Below, in pieces: positions 35,942 through 48,818 of a stretch of DNA of 64,000 nucleotides. Both the position numbers and the translations under genes were made by a program. Numbering within the stretch: position 1 is the first letter of the stretch; every line of letters begins with the position of its first letter. The notes below the pieces were generated by a model. That model saw nothing but the letters and a program-made list of their open reading frames with translations, did not search any database and was not told the origin of the DNA. Source of the DNA: Felis catus (taxonomy: Eukaryota); contig NC_058368.1 of the NCBI RefSeq assembly GCF_018350175.1, positions 225,682,001-225,746,000 on the forward strand, written 5' to 3'.

Positions 35942-36843
35942 GTAACGGTGCCGTGTGCCTGTGACGAGCCGGGCCCGAAAGCTCGCACCTGGAGCCCGAG
36001 GAGGCCTGGGTTTGCTCGGACCAGAGGGAGGAGTTTGGTTAGCTGTATGCACGCTTAGTATTGAAACCGTGGTGAAGAGGTCCCGCTTAACTGAGTTGCA
36101 GAAATGTTCTTCTGAGGACAGTCACATATAAACAGGGATTCTCCTGTATGGAGCTTTATTTCTGTATGCCGCGTTTTCGTCTTTGTGCTGTGAGAGCCCT
36201 AACGCAGCCTAAGAAAGATCAATCCTGACTGTCCGTGAGCTTCACCTCGTAGAATAGAGAGCACTGATGGTAGCTTAGTTTTCTTTTGTTTTTTTTTTCC
36301 CCTTGTCACTATTACGAAGATATTTCTACATTGTTTGGGTTTTGTTGCCAGTTGTGATTTTGCGCTTTTGCAAACATAGCTCCTCCGTCCCCTGCGACAG
36401 CTTGTTTCTGGACACACAGACTGTTTGCTTAGCAGAAGTGTTTTCTTCTCAAGGGAGAGCCTAAGGAAAGGAGAAGAAACAGGAGGGGAGAAAGAACACC
36501 AGGAAGGGAGGGAAGCATTTTCACTCTCGTCCAGAGCCGGGAAAGGAACTTCCAGTTTATGCCTGTTTTTCTTCCAGAGCAAACGTGACCCTTTATGTGT
36601 TTAATCCTGGGTTTCTTACTTTATGTGTCTTCCTCTCGCAGCTGTACGCTCCTCGTTTGGACATGTGGGTGCTTAGCACAGGACAAGGCGCGTGTAGAAA
36701 TCGGGAGAGGATTTGTTGAATTAGCTAATTAAAGGGGCTCAGGCGGAGAGGACACCGGCTCTGACAACAGGGCTGAGTTTCTGGCTTTCTGGGACTCCGT
36801 CCCTGCGGAGGCTGACACCTGTGGTGTGTGTGCTCTGTCACAG

Positions 36844-37001
36844 GCTACTGGAATGTCACCGTGTACGGCCGCAAGCACTGCTACCGGCTCTACACCAAGC
36901 TGCTCAACGAGGCCACCAGGTGGTCCAGCGCCATTCAAAATGTGACAGACGCCAAGGCCCCGATCGACACTCCCACCCAGCAGCTGATTCAAGACATCAA
37001 G
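36844..37001 (+). CDS. MYO10: MYO10 exon 33 equivalent; end of PH3
   Basis: tcacag|GC acceptor and AAG|gtaagg donor. YWNVTVYGRKHCYRLYTKLLNEATRW. Confidence 0.96.
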
Positions 37002-39410
37002 GTAAGGATTCAAGACAGGGTGGCTCACGGGAGGTAGCTCACCGGTTCTCACCCTTGGAATGTCAAGACGTTGGTCAAGCTCCATTTTTATTCTGTAATC
37101 AAAAACTAACTTTTGGTTGGTTTTCCGTTGGAACGTCACTGCTTTTAGAAATCTGAATTCGAGAGCTGAGCCGAAAGCTTACGCTAAAAATACTTTGTCT
37201 CCAGAGAGGTGTCATGTTGCCGCTGAGGCAAATGTGGGCTTGTGTTGTGTAGACAGAGGAATGGTGGTCTGTGGTTTGGGGTGCAGAACTCCCCGTGACG
37301 GGAACGTGCGGTGATCTGCGTGGAGGTGACGTGTGCCACAAGTTGCCCTTCAGCCCTGGGTTGGGGACCTTCTAGGAGTAACACGATAATCCTATCCTTA
37401 CGATACAGTTAGTGGACCACACAAGTGGGTACACAAATAGCCAGGATTGGTCTAGAAAACTTGGAACCTTTAGTAGGCACCCCCAAACTCAACAGGAAGC
37501 GTCCCAATCTCTGGACCTACACTGACCTTCTTTTTGTTTGTTTGTTTGTTTGCGAAAGAGAGTGCATGAGCAAGGTAGGGGCAGAGGGGGAGAGAGAGAA
37601 TCTCAAGCAGTCTCCGTGCCCAGCTTGGAGTCAGCCTGACTCGGGTCTCCCATCTCACGACCATGAGATCGTGACCTGAGCCGAAACCAAGAGTCCGATG
37701 CTTAACCGACTGAGCCACCCAGGTGCCCCTAACCTGGTTAAATTTTCATTTCCTTTTTATAAAGATGAATTGCTCAGTTGAGTATACATTGAAATGGCAG
37801 CATTATTCATAAGGGGTACTCCACTCATTTTTCAGGAATGGAAACAGACACAGAATAGTCTGATTGCGCTGTTCATGTAGCTGGTCAGTCCCCAGTGTAG
37901 AACCGGGTCAAGGGGATTATTTTTACTGCTGTTCCTCCAAGTTACCCATTCGGATAGATTCCCAATACAAAGGGAAGAGCTGGAGCAGTGACAGAAAAGA
38001 TTCGAGAATGATAGCAAGATAGGTATTTACTGATCTACATCAAGGAAAATTAAGCAGATCCAGGAGGCAAGCTCTGCCTTTGCAGAGGCGGAAGAGGGTC
38101 TGATAATGCAGTGGTGCACAATTTCCCACCGAACACAAATCTGCCTCTTGATTCCAAAGTGGTGCATTTTCTGGGTATTTGGAGCTCAATTCCACCAAGC
38201 TAATTATTCTCCACGTCTCTGTAAAGCTTTCCATGGAACCCAGGGTGCTAAATACTAGTAACTTCCTTTTTCGCATTAAAAAAAAACTGTTTTTAAAGCT
38301 TCCTTTTGAGAAAGGAGTGAAAAAAACACATCAGCTGAACTTTCTCTTCAAAGCTATGTCAGCTGTATTCTTATCTTCTCGAATTTGACATCTGTCGTTA
38401 AAAGAGTAATTGAATTTTCCAAATATGAAGCAATGTTTTTTTTTTTTTTAAATTAGGTTGCCCTAATTAAGTCCATACAAAATTTTTGAAATAGTTTGTT
38501 TTTTTTTCTTTTTTTTCTGGCTCTTAACTAACTGGGTGTTAACCAAAAAAGTTTCATAGTGGAAATTACCACACTAGAATGATTCACTGCCTCTCCAACT
38601 TTTCTGTTTATTTAATGTTCTAAAAGGAACTTTGCCTTTTTTGAATCCCCCATTAACATTTTAGGAGCATAAGTGCATGATGAATTGCTGTGAGATCTCT
38701 TAAATTTCAAGAAAGAGACGGCAGGCATGTTGAACGGTCTCACTAATAACATCCTAACGTGTAACTTTTATGTGTAGAGAAATACAGAAGATCATTTAAA
38801 GAACGAAAGCAACGTATTTTTTTTTTAATTTTTTTAATGTTAATTTATTTTTGAGAGAGAGAGAGACAGAGTGTGAGTAGGGGAGGGGCAGAGAGGGAGA
38901 CACAGAATCTGAAGCAGGCTCCAGGCTCCGAGCTGTCAGCACAGAGCCCGACGCGGGGCTCGAACTCACGAACGGTGAGATCATGACCTGAGCTGAAGTC
39001 AGACGCTTACCCAACTGAGCCACCCAGTTCTTTTTAAAAGAATTATGGATAAAAATACATGGTTTGGCTACATGATTGGTGGCTAAATAGCAAGAGAACT
39101 TCAGTGTTTCTGAAGCATATGTAATCTCCAGTGGAAATTTTTGGGTTTTTTTTATAACGTGGGAAAATATATACACATGGACTGAGCTGTGAGAAAAACG
39201 TGTATTTGTGATTTGCCCTCAGACGCAGATTGCCGGTATCTTCGCGCTTGAATTATTAATGCTAGACCCTCACCACGTCCCGAGGCCCACGGACGCTTTA
39301 GACTCTGGGAGAGGTTCATGCGTGGGAGAATACAGATGATTTTGTTCATTTATGTACATGTGTTCTGGATGAGCCGGCTGGCTGGCTTTACCGGGTCCTC
39401 TGCTTTCCAG

Positions 39411-39534
39411 GAGAACTGCCTGAACTCGGATGTGGTGGAGCAGATCTACAAACGGAACCCCATCCTCCGTCACACACACCACCCCCTGCACTCGCCGCTC
39501 CTGCCCCTGCCCTACGGAGACATCAACCTGAACC
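39411..39534 (+). CDS. MYO10: MYO10 exon 34 equivalent; start of MyTH4
   Basis: ttccag|GAG acceptor and AAC C|gtgagt donor. ENCLNSDVVEQIYKRNPILR...PLLPLP. Confidence 0.96.
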
Positions 39535-40008
39535 GTGAGTCCCCACCCCGCCCGCGCCCCGCTGTTCTCGGTACCGTAACTGTTCTCCCCGGTCACCGAC
39601 TCTGCCTCTCTGTCCAGCCAGCATCTGTCGCTTGTGGTGAGAAGAGGACTGTGGAACTAAGAGAGCGATTTTCAAGGGAGTCAGGAAATGCCAGCCCTGC
39701 CTCTGAACTCAGGGTTGCCTTAATTTGCCAGAGAATTAAAAGTCTAGTCCCGGATCCTAAAAATAGAGAACCTGTCTGGCAACAGACCAACTTTTGAGCC
39801 AGCGTCTTGTAGAGGGAAATAGGTGAATTGCGTAACAAAAGAGCATAACGCTCTCACCTCTGTGTTCGCCTGATTCAGATGTTCAGGGAACGTGGCGAGC
39901 CCTGGGTCGTGAAGCCGACGTCTGTCCCCGTTCCTTCCCCCTGTGCGATGCTCAGATTGGACCTTGGCCAAACCCTCCGTGTGACGTGTGTGTGTGTCCT
40001 CCTCCTAG

Positions 40009-40306
40009 TGCTCAAAGACAAAGGCTACACCACCCTTCAGGATGAAGCCATCAAGATCTTCAATTCCCTCCAGCAACTGGAGTCCATGTCCGACCCCATT
40101 CCCATCATCCAGGGCATCCTGCAGACCGGGCATGACCTCCGACCTCTGCGAGACGAGCTGTACTGCCAGCTCATCAAACAGACCAACAAGGTGCCCCATC
40201 CGGGCAGCGTGGGCAACCTGTGCAGCTGGCAGATCCTGACGTGCTTAAGCTGCACCTTCTTGCCGAGCCGGGGCATCCTCAAGTACCTGCGGTTCCATCT
40301 GAGAAG
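40009..40306 (+). CDS. MYO10: MYO10 exon 35 equivalent; MyTH4
   Basis: tcctag|TG acceptor and AG|gtgggg donor. LRDELYCQLIKQT MyTH4 motif. Confidence 0.96.
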
Positions 40307-41174
40307 GTGGGGGGTGCATGGCGGTGGGGGGGGGGGGGCGGGGCGGGTTGCACACCGCAGGGGCGGGGCGGAGCTCAGATGCGGAGAGCCCGAAACAGAA
40401 GGCACCTGGCGTGGTCAGGGACCTCTTGGTCAGACGCGTGCGTCCCCTTGAGCAGGCTGACACTGTGCAGGCCTCCTCTCCAGCTCAAGCCATACAAGGC
40501 TGTCTCAGGGACGCGGTCACTTTCAGTGTAGTGTCCCCATGCGGAAGAGGCTGAATACGTTTAATTTTTTTTTTTTAATATTTATTTTTGAGAGAGCATG
40601 AACAGGGGAGGGACGGGTACAGAGGGGAGACAGAGGATCTGAGGCAGGCTCCACACTGACAGCAGAGAGCCTGATGTGAGGCTCGAACTCATGAACCGTG
40701 GGATCACGCCCCAAGCCAAAGTCAGATGCTCAGCCCCCTGAGGCCCCCCCAGGCACCCCAAACGTCAAATACATTTAATTACCGCTGCCTGTATACATGG
40801 AGGGGGGAAACCTTAGCTATTTTTGGTCCAGATCAAACAGAAACATTCCCGTGCAGACTCTGATGCAAACTATGTAAGAACAGTTTTCATACGATGGTCT
40901 GAGACGTGACCGTCACCAGCATCACGGAGGTGAGCTGGCAGCAAAAGCTTTGGGATTTGTTTTTGGTTGTTTTTGTTTTTTTGTTTTTGTTTTGCTTTTA
41001 AACAAAACCTACACAGGATAGTAGAGGCCCCAGCTGGGAAGTGACCGGCATCCGCCGCACGCGTCACTGGGGGGCCACCGGCTCCACTGACGTGCCGCCT
41101 GCTGAAGCAGCCCAGCGCCCAGACGGCGGCCAGACGCGGTCTAGCACATTAACAGCGAAGTGTTTGTCTCCTAG

Positions 41175-41382
41175 GATACGGGAGCAGTTTCCAGGAACTG
41201 AGATGGAAAAATACTCCCTCTTCATTTATGAATCTCTCAAGAAAACCAAATGCAGAGAGTTTGTGCCTTCCCGAGATGAGATAGAAGCACTGATCCACAG
41301 GCAGGAGATGACGTCCACGGTGCACTGCCACGGCGGAGGCTCCTGCAAGATCACCATCAACTCCCACACCACGGCCGGGGAG
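41175..41382 (+). CDS. MYO10: MYO10 exon 36 equivalent; MyTH4 end and FERM F1
   Basis: tcctag|G acceptor and GAG|gtgagg donor. REFVPSRDEIEAL...INSHTTAGE. Confidence 0.96.
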
Positions 41383-42236
41383 GTGAGGGAGAAGCCCGCC
41401 GCGGCGGACTCCGATCCCTGACCGCCCCCGTGCAGACGTCAGGGAAGTTGTGCAGTTAGGTGGGCCAGCGTGCGGTCGTGACCGGCATAGTACAGCGGCT
41501 CAGTAAGCGGGGTGTACGTAACCAACGACAAAGCTCACGTACGACGAGACAAAAATACGCATCAAAGATGAGTAGGAATGCAAAAATTAAGCTGGTGCCA
41601 GAATACCTGAGCCGCAGTCCTGCTGACGTGCCGAGCAGTTGAGGGTCGAGGAGAGATTTCCTCCCTGACTCGGGTGTGCCTGCCCTGACGTGGGATTTTT
41701 TGGAGCATCTCTGCCATCAGGTGTCTGTTTGCCAAACAGAAATCTACCGTGATGGGTCAGATGAGAGCGTATTTTCTTTTCTTTCTTTTTTTCTTTCTTT
41801 TTTAAAATTTAGTATTGTAAAACCAGTTGGCTAAAAGAAGTAGGGCAGTAAAACACAGGGAAGCTTCTGGCGTGGAAGGAAGAAACACGGTGGAAACCCT
41901 TGTTTCTTGGCAGTCGATGGATGTATCAGATGAAAGGGCTTCGGTTTTCATGCACTTTCCTACCAGGATGGGTCTGCAAGAAATCCGCCCACCATCCCTC
42001 TCTACCAGTGGGTGAAATACATACCCCGTGTTCTTTTTTTTTTACAAGGATAAGACAAATCTGGTTTCTAGAGAGTAATGGAAAAACGGCACCTTTGAAA
42101 TTCTGGGTGACCACACAGGACAGTTGTAGGGGGGCTGCTTGGACCCTCGCTGGCCGGCAGCTCCCTTGGGGTTCAGGGGAAGGCACATTCTAGAACCGCG
42201 TGCTGGCAGCCGAAGCCCTCGGGGTATATCTTGCAG

Positions 42237-42373
42237 GTGGTGGAGAAGCTGATCAGAGGCCTCGCCATGGAGGACAGCAGGAACATGTTCGCCTTGTTTG
42301 AGTACAACGGAAATGTGGATAAAGCCATTGAAAGCCGAACCATCGTAGCTGACGTGTTGGCAAAGTTTGAAAA
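42237..42373 (+). CDS. MYO10: MYO10 exon 37 equivalent; FERM F1
   Basis: ttgcag|GTG acceptor and AA|gtaagt donor. VVEKLIRGLAMEDSRNMFALFE...VADVLAKFE. Confidence 0.96.
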
Positions 42374-43015
42374 GTAAGTGCCTTCTCCCTCAAGTGCTAG
42401 CAGATTTAAGTCAAAGAAATTGAGAGTTGAGGATTTGAATTTCTATTCCATTTTCACCTTCAGTGTGCATTTGAGTGCCTTTTCTTTTACTTGTGCTAAA
42501 GCAGGTTTCATTTTCCGTATCTTTCGGCTGCCTGTTTTTCTTTTTGTAAATGTTTATTTTGAGAGCGAGAATTCCAAGCAGGCTCCGCACTGTCAGCACA
42601 GAGCTCGACACTGAGCACGGAGCTCAGTCCCACAAACTGAGAGATCACGACCTGAGCCAAAATCAAGAGTCGGATGTTTAACTGAGCCACCCTGGTGTTC
42701 CTGTTTTTCTTGATTCCTAGATAAAGCCTCTGTGTCAAATAAGATTGTTCCTTTACCCCATTCTTTCTCTCAGGTCCTTGCTATACTCATTATCTTGGAA
42801 TTTCTTGAGTCTATGCTTTTCACTTATTAGCTTTGAAACTGGGCTAACAGACACAAGCAAACTCATAAATCGTTCAAAATGCATTTTATATCTCTTGGAT
42901 GTACAATATTTCATCTATGACTTCCCTATCGCCTAAGTAACACAAAAGATATTCCTATTCAATTTTTTTTAATGTGTGTGTTTTTTTAGCAGAGACAGAG
43001 TCTGAGCGGGGGAGG

Positions 43016-43069
<54 letters not shown>

Positions 43070-43620
43070 ATCTGAAGCAGGCTCTGCGCTGTCAGCACAG
43101 AGCCCGACATGGGGCTCGATCCCGTGAACCGTGAGATCATGCCCTGAGCCAAAATCAAGAGTGGGGACGCTTAACCGACTGAACCGCCCAGGCGCCCCAG
43201 AATTCCTGTTCAGTTTAAACACGTGCTATTCATGTTGATTTTTATAAATACTGTAGTTTACTCGAGGACTAGTAAAGGGAATGAAGATATACATATATAG
43301 CCTTTGTTTCTTTTCTTTCTATGGACTCAGCATAAGGCTTAGCCAGTACTGATTTGACTGGGCGACTCAGAAAATACTTGTTAGCACAGTTTAAGTGAAG
43401 TTTATGGTCTTGAAGTGAGACGAGAAAGAAGGCGTCATTTTTCACCTCTGGCTAAATAACGCAAGGGACTCTGGTAATCAGCCTCGCCCTTGTTCTGTTT
43501 TCTCTGCCTCCGTCCCCATCCCCACCGTGTTACCTGAGCACGGACAGAATGTCTGTGTCCTTGGAACGAGCCATCTCAAGTCAGCTCCTTGTGCTTTCTG
43601 AACGTCTCTTCTGCCTGTAG

Positions 43621-43741
43621 GCTGGCTGCCACTTCGGAGGTGGGGGACCGGCCCTGGAAATTCTACTTCAAGCTCTACTGCTTCTTGGACACAGACAACG
43701 TGCCAGAAGACAGTGTGGAGTTCGCGTTTATGTTCGAACAG
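43621..43741 (+). CDS. MYO10: MYO10 exon 38 equivalent; FERM F1/F2
   Basis: ctgtag|G acceptor and CAG|gtagaa donor. PWKFYFKLYCFLD. Confidence 0.96.
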
Positions 43742-44118
43742 GTAGAAGGAACCTGCAGAAACGGATTCCTCTGCTGGGGAACAGGGCTAAAACCTGTTCA
43801 CTCCGCTGCTAGGTTAGCGGTTGGGCATAGCGGTATGTTTCCCAGCATGCACAGGGACAGCTGCTTTGTGACGCCTTTCTAGAAGGAAACTACCGCGTGT
43901 TGTATTTGAACTCCTGTGCCAAGAACTGTTTTAGCTGGGGGGGAGAGAGACATTGAGGGATAAAATATGGGTTCGATGCTGTCTGGGCTAGGGAGAAATG
44001 TAAAGCAGCCAAAGGGGGTGAGGGTACAGTTTGCAGGGGAGGTGACACGGGAGGGGAAAGCTGGCGGATTTAGGCTCACGCGCCCCTAATGCCGCCGCTG
44101 CCCGCCGCCTCCTTTCAG

Positions 44119-44571
44119 GCACACGAAGCTGTTATCCGTGGCCACTACCCGGCCCCCGAAGAGAACCTCCAGGTTCTCGCTGCCCTGCGGCTCCAGTACC
44201 TGCAGGGGGATTACTCCCTGCATGCCTCCATGCCACCCCTCGAGGACGTCTACTCCGTGCAGAGGCTGAAGGCCCGCATCAGCCAGTCGACCAAAAGCTT
44301 CACCCCGTGTGAGCGGCTGGAGAAGAGGCGGACGAGCTTCCTGGAGGGGACGCTGAGGCGGAGCTTCCGGACGGGGTCTGTCGTCCGACAGAAGGTCGAG
44401 GAAGAGCAGTTGCTGGACATGTGGATCAAGGAGGAAGTCTCCTCGGCTCGGGCCAGCATCATTGACAAATGGAAGAAATTGCAGGGAATGGGCCAGGAGC
44501 AGGCCATGGCCAAGTACATGGCCTTGATCAAGGAGTGGCCAGGCTATGGGTCGACGCTCTTTGATGTGGAG
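44119..44571 (+). CDS. MYO10: MYO10 exon 39 equivalent; FERM F2 with insert
   Basis: tttcag|GCA acceptor and GAG|gtgagg donor. LAALRLQYLQGD...WPGYGSTLFDVE. Confidence 0.97.
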
Positions 44572-45134
44572 GTGAGGGCTGTTGCTTCTGGGATCAACTG
44601 GCCTAAGAGCGCCTTTCGGTGTGGCCTTGGCCGACTACTTTGGCTGGGGGTGGGGCAAGATGGAGCCTTTGTTCTCTGGCCCCCTTGTGTTAGAGGCCCC
44701 CCACCACGCTTTACCATTAGCACACCCTCGCATCCACCAAACGGTCTGGTAGCAAATGCTTTCACAACATTCGGAGCGAATGGAAAATTAAGATGTCACC
44801 TCTTCTTAAATAACTTCTATTTATTTTATTTGTTTTGAGAGAGAGCACTGGTGCTTGGGGGGGAGGTGCAGAGAGGGAGAGAGAATCCCAAGCGGGCTCT
44901 GTGCTGCCAGCGCAGAGTCCAGTGCTGGGCTCGCTCTCCCAAACCATGAGATCGTGACCTGAGCCGAAATCAAGAGTCAGACGCTTAACCAACTGAGCCA
45001 CCCAGGAGCACCTCTCTTCTTTATGAGGGAAGCTCTAGATAGATCCAATCAAAAAGTGCTGGAAAAAATCTGTATTTAAAATTTTTTTAAAATTTTTTTT
45101 AGAATTGTGTACATAGAATTATAAATTTTGGATA

Positions 45135-45449
45135 CAATCGGCCCTTGAACGACATTGGGGTTGGGGCGCCGACCCCTAGGCGGTTGAAAATCCGCATATA
45201 ATTTTTGACTCCCTAAAAGCATACTTGCTAATGGTCCTGCTGTTGACCAAAAACTTTACCAAGAACATGAACAGTTAGCACATATTTTGCATGTTATATG
45301 TATTACATACTGTATTCTTATAACGCAGCTAGAGAAAAATGTTACTGAGCAAATCATAAGAGAAAATACATACCGTTAAAAAAAAAAAAAATCCGCATAC
45401 TGGCAGACCCGCACAGTTCAACCCCATGTTTAACAACATGGGTCAACTA
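45135..45449 (-). mobile_element. Tigger2-family non-autonomous DNA transposon
   Basis: Ends caatcggcccttgaac ... gggtcaact resemble Tigger2/MER8 TIRs, with ta at the left flank. Confidence 0.7.
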
Positions 45450-45611
45450 GGATTTTACGTTTGTTTTTTTTCCCCCATGACTATCTGTTGGCAGGGAAGA
45501 ATTTGTGTCACAATTGGAATTTTGCTATTAGCATTAACCCATACTGACTCATACCTCTTTTTTTTTTTTAAAGACCATTTACTGAAAGGAAATCTTACTA
45601 GTGGTCTAGAT

Positions 45612-45820
45612 CAAGACTTGGCAGTCCATGGGCCAAATCCTTTCTGCCACCTTTTATAATGTTTTATTGGAACACAGTAATATTCCTTCCTTTCTCTGTC
45701 TTCTCTGGCTGTTTTCACACCAAAATGGTGGTAATGAGTAGCTATGACAGAGACCACGTGGCCCACAAAACCCAAAATATTTACTCCCTGTCCCTTAACA
45801 GGTAACTTTACCAGCCCCTG
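45612..45820 (+). mobile_element. MER58A-like hAT-Charlie MITE
   Basis: Matches the recalled MER58A consensus (gttttattggaacacag...gacagagaccac.tggcccacaaa...aaaatatttact). 8-bp TSD gtctagat/gtctaaat. Confidence 0.8.
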
Positions 45821-46881
45821 GTCTAAATGAGCTTTTGTTTTTCTTTCCACATGTTTGGTATCTGATGACTTTTAAATGAGGCTTTATAAAGATGCAAATA
45901 TTGATTATCTTTTCCAAGATCCCTTCATGGCTTTTCACTGGATTCTATCTTGGGTTTGGTTGGTTCAGTTAGGTTTGTTTTTAGGTGTAAATCAGATGCT
46001 TTGTACAACACCTCTTTTCGGTGTCACTAATGTATATCCCTCCCATTTGTTTTTCGTTTAATTTTTTATTTTTATTTTTGAGAGAGAGAGAGAGAGAGAG
46101 AGACAGCATGAGCAGGGGAGGGCTAGAGAGAGGGAGACACAGAATCCGAAGCAGGCTTCAGGCTCTGAGCTGTCAGCACAGAGCCTGATACGGGGCTCGA
46201 ACTCATGAACCATGAGAGCATGACCTGAGCCGAAGTCATATGCTTAACTGTCTGAGCCACCCAGCACTCCCCCCCCCCATCCCTCCCATTTGTATTGGTT
46301 CCCATCAGCCCTGTGTTCTCATCCCTACATCAGGGCTCTTGTTTTCCAACACCAATCCATGCAGGGAAGCCTGTTACGAAGCCAGTGATATTCCTGTTAC
46401 CGCTGTGCTCACAGGAGGTCACTGCTGCCTCTTGTTGAGAACCCTGTTTTTCAAAAGGAGCCAGGACTGCTAGGCACAGAGTGTTCTGGAGAATTTTTCC
46501 CCTGATCTTCGATTTTGTATTTGAAGAATAATTATCCGAAAAAGGGTCGGAGGAAGACCTAGATACAGGAGATGGGCTCAAGCTGGTGGGTTTGCTGGCG
46601 AGCTCGGGCCACCTCCGAGAGCTAATCCGGTGAGGCGGAGAGTGATGGTCTCCATGGGTGGAGTCGAAGCACGATGTTGGCATTCACCGATTAAGTTTTC
46701 GCGATGCACAGGATGGGTCAACCGGTCAGAAATCAACCAAGACAGCCAAGGAGATGCCGTATCTCCTCATTCGGTTCTCCCAGACGTGAACACGCCTTGG
46801 GTGCATCTGGTGTTCTGCATACGGGGCTTGGCTCCCTCTCTCCTGCTCCTAATTGCTTTGTGATCTGACTCTTGCCCGCAG

Positions 46882-47073
46882 TGCAAGGAAGGCGGCTTCC
46901 CCCAGGACCTCTGGTTGGGCGTCAGCGCGGACGCTGTTTCTGTCTACAAGCGTGGGGAGGGAAGACCGTTAGAGGCCTTCCAGTACGAGCACATCCTCTC
47001 GTTTGGGGCGCCTCTGGCAAACACGTACAAGATCGTGGTTGACGAGAGGGAACTGCTCTTTGAAACCAGTGAG
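46882..47073 (+). CDS. MYO10: MYO10 exon 40 equivalent; FERM F3
   Basis: ccgcag|TGC acceptor and GAG|gtaaga donor. CKEGGFPQDLWLGVSADAVSVY. Confidence 0.96.
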
Positions 47074-48132
47074 GTAAGAGCCGAACCAAGGAAATCGTTT
47101 GTGGCCTTGACAACACAGAAAAATGACACCCCGTTTCCTGGGGCCTTTGGGTAATTTTGTTTTGCTGTAAAATATATGAAATTACAGCGTGGCGGTCCCT
47201 CCCCAGCTTCAGGTTCCTCGGGGGCCAAAATCGAATCTCCAGTTTCTTTTATGTTTGCAGCAGAGAAATTTGGTTTCGTTTTATCGGTGGGGTCTTACCC
47301 CTAGAGGAAAGGGGAAGGGAATGATGTAGATGTCCACAGTATATATAGTTTGGCAATAGAGCCTTGTGCCAGTGAATGCCAGCTGGAGGGAGTGAGGGGC
47401 ACGACCACCCTGGCCGGAGCTAATTCTGGCTCACAGGATCGCAAGAAAGAGCCTTTAAATGTGCGTGCCATCTGCTCTGAAGCTTAAAATGCAGTCACCA
47501 GCATCATGATAAATCCAGAAGCCTTTATGAAGGGCTCTGCTTAGGGGGCTCCTAGCGAGCAAAGGTGGGAAACAGACATGAGTGACTGGCTTCCGGTTTG
47601 GCCACTGGTGCGGAGTGATGGACCGGAGGCCAAGAGGGCGCCCAGGGCACTGGGAGGTAGCAGTGACACCAGGGCTGCTGTGCAGGAGGCAGACTAGGCC
47701 GACGGGAGGCCTGCAGTGAGATGGAAGAGGCGGGGCCCCCGACTGGAGGGTCCAAGGCGCCCGGCTGCCAGGTTTGGTCGACGCCAGGAAAGGAGAGGGA
47801 GCCACTGTGGGCGTCTGATTGTGCCTGATGCAATGACCGTGGTTTTACCAACTGTCATGGGTGGGATTGGGCAGGATTAAAAGGGAGGGGGAAGGAGGGA
47901 AATGGAAGGAGATCAGGATGCTTGAAGAGGGATGCAGGCCAGCCTGAGAAGGGTCGGGCCCCAGGGGGTGGCGGTGACTGCATCACGGGAAGGAGCCAAT
48001 ACGAGGTCGCAGCCGGCACCTGTGACTTGTCCGCAGGCCCATTGAGCCTCTTTCTGTTCTGCAGCCGCAGCATGACGGGTTGACTACGATACAGTGTTCA
48101 CCAGCTGGGATTGTGGGCTCAGGCCTTTACCA

Positions 48133-48170
<38 letters not shown>

Positions 48171-48216
48171 ATTTTGAGAAAGAGCAAGGATGAGCAGGGG
48201 AGGGGCAGACAGAGAG

Positions 48217-48258
<42 letters not shown>

Positions 48259-48716
48259 TCCCAAGCAGGCTCTACACTGTCAGTGCAGAGCCTGACGTGA
48301 GGCTCGAACTCATGAACCACGAGATCATGGCCTGAGTCGAAACCAAGAGTCGGACGCTTAACCACCCGAGCCACCCAGGGGCCCCTCATTTACCATCATT
48401 TTAAGTGGGGATAGTGATCCCAGCCCGAACGATACCCACAGACTTTAGTGTCCTCGGGCGGGTTTGTTTTTTTTTTCCCCTAACGTGTGAAATCTGACAA
48501 TTGTACACCACGCAGAATTGTCATTTTTGTGTGCAAGAACCACCGGGTGGTGCACACCGTATTCAGAGAAGCCACGACTTCCCTTCTCACTGCCCAGGAA
48601 CAGGTTAAAGCAGCTGAGCTCTCAGCCTCCTCCAAACCTGGGGACGGGGGGGGGGGGGGGGGGCATCATCCCGGCCGAGACTCTGACCGTGTGCCCCTTC
48701 TGCTTCCCCTGGGCAG

Positions 48717-48818
48717 GTGGTCGATGTGGCCAAGCTCATGAAAGCCTACATCAGCATGATCGTGAAGAAACGCTACAGCGCGTCGCGCTCCGTGAGCAGC
48801 CAGGGCAGCTCCAGGTGA
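48717..48818 (+). CDS. MYO10: MYO10 last coding exon (exon 41 equivalent); ends ...SSQGSSR*
   Basis: gggcag|GTG acceptor. VVDVAKLMKAYISMIVKKRYSASRSVSSQGSSR then TGA at 48816-48818. Confidence 0.97.
   Translation: MVDVAKLMKAYISMIVKKRYSASRSVSSQGSSR

Larger units (their letters stand above)
37530..48385 (-). mobile_element. Eight dispersed intronic minus-strand SINEs (about 37530-37729, 38816-39026, 40561-40759, 42535-42700, 42960-43198, 44815-45013, 46055-46270, 48136-48385); the span is not contiguous
   Basis: Each shows the reverse-complement SINEC tail, body and head. Confidence 0.85.
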
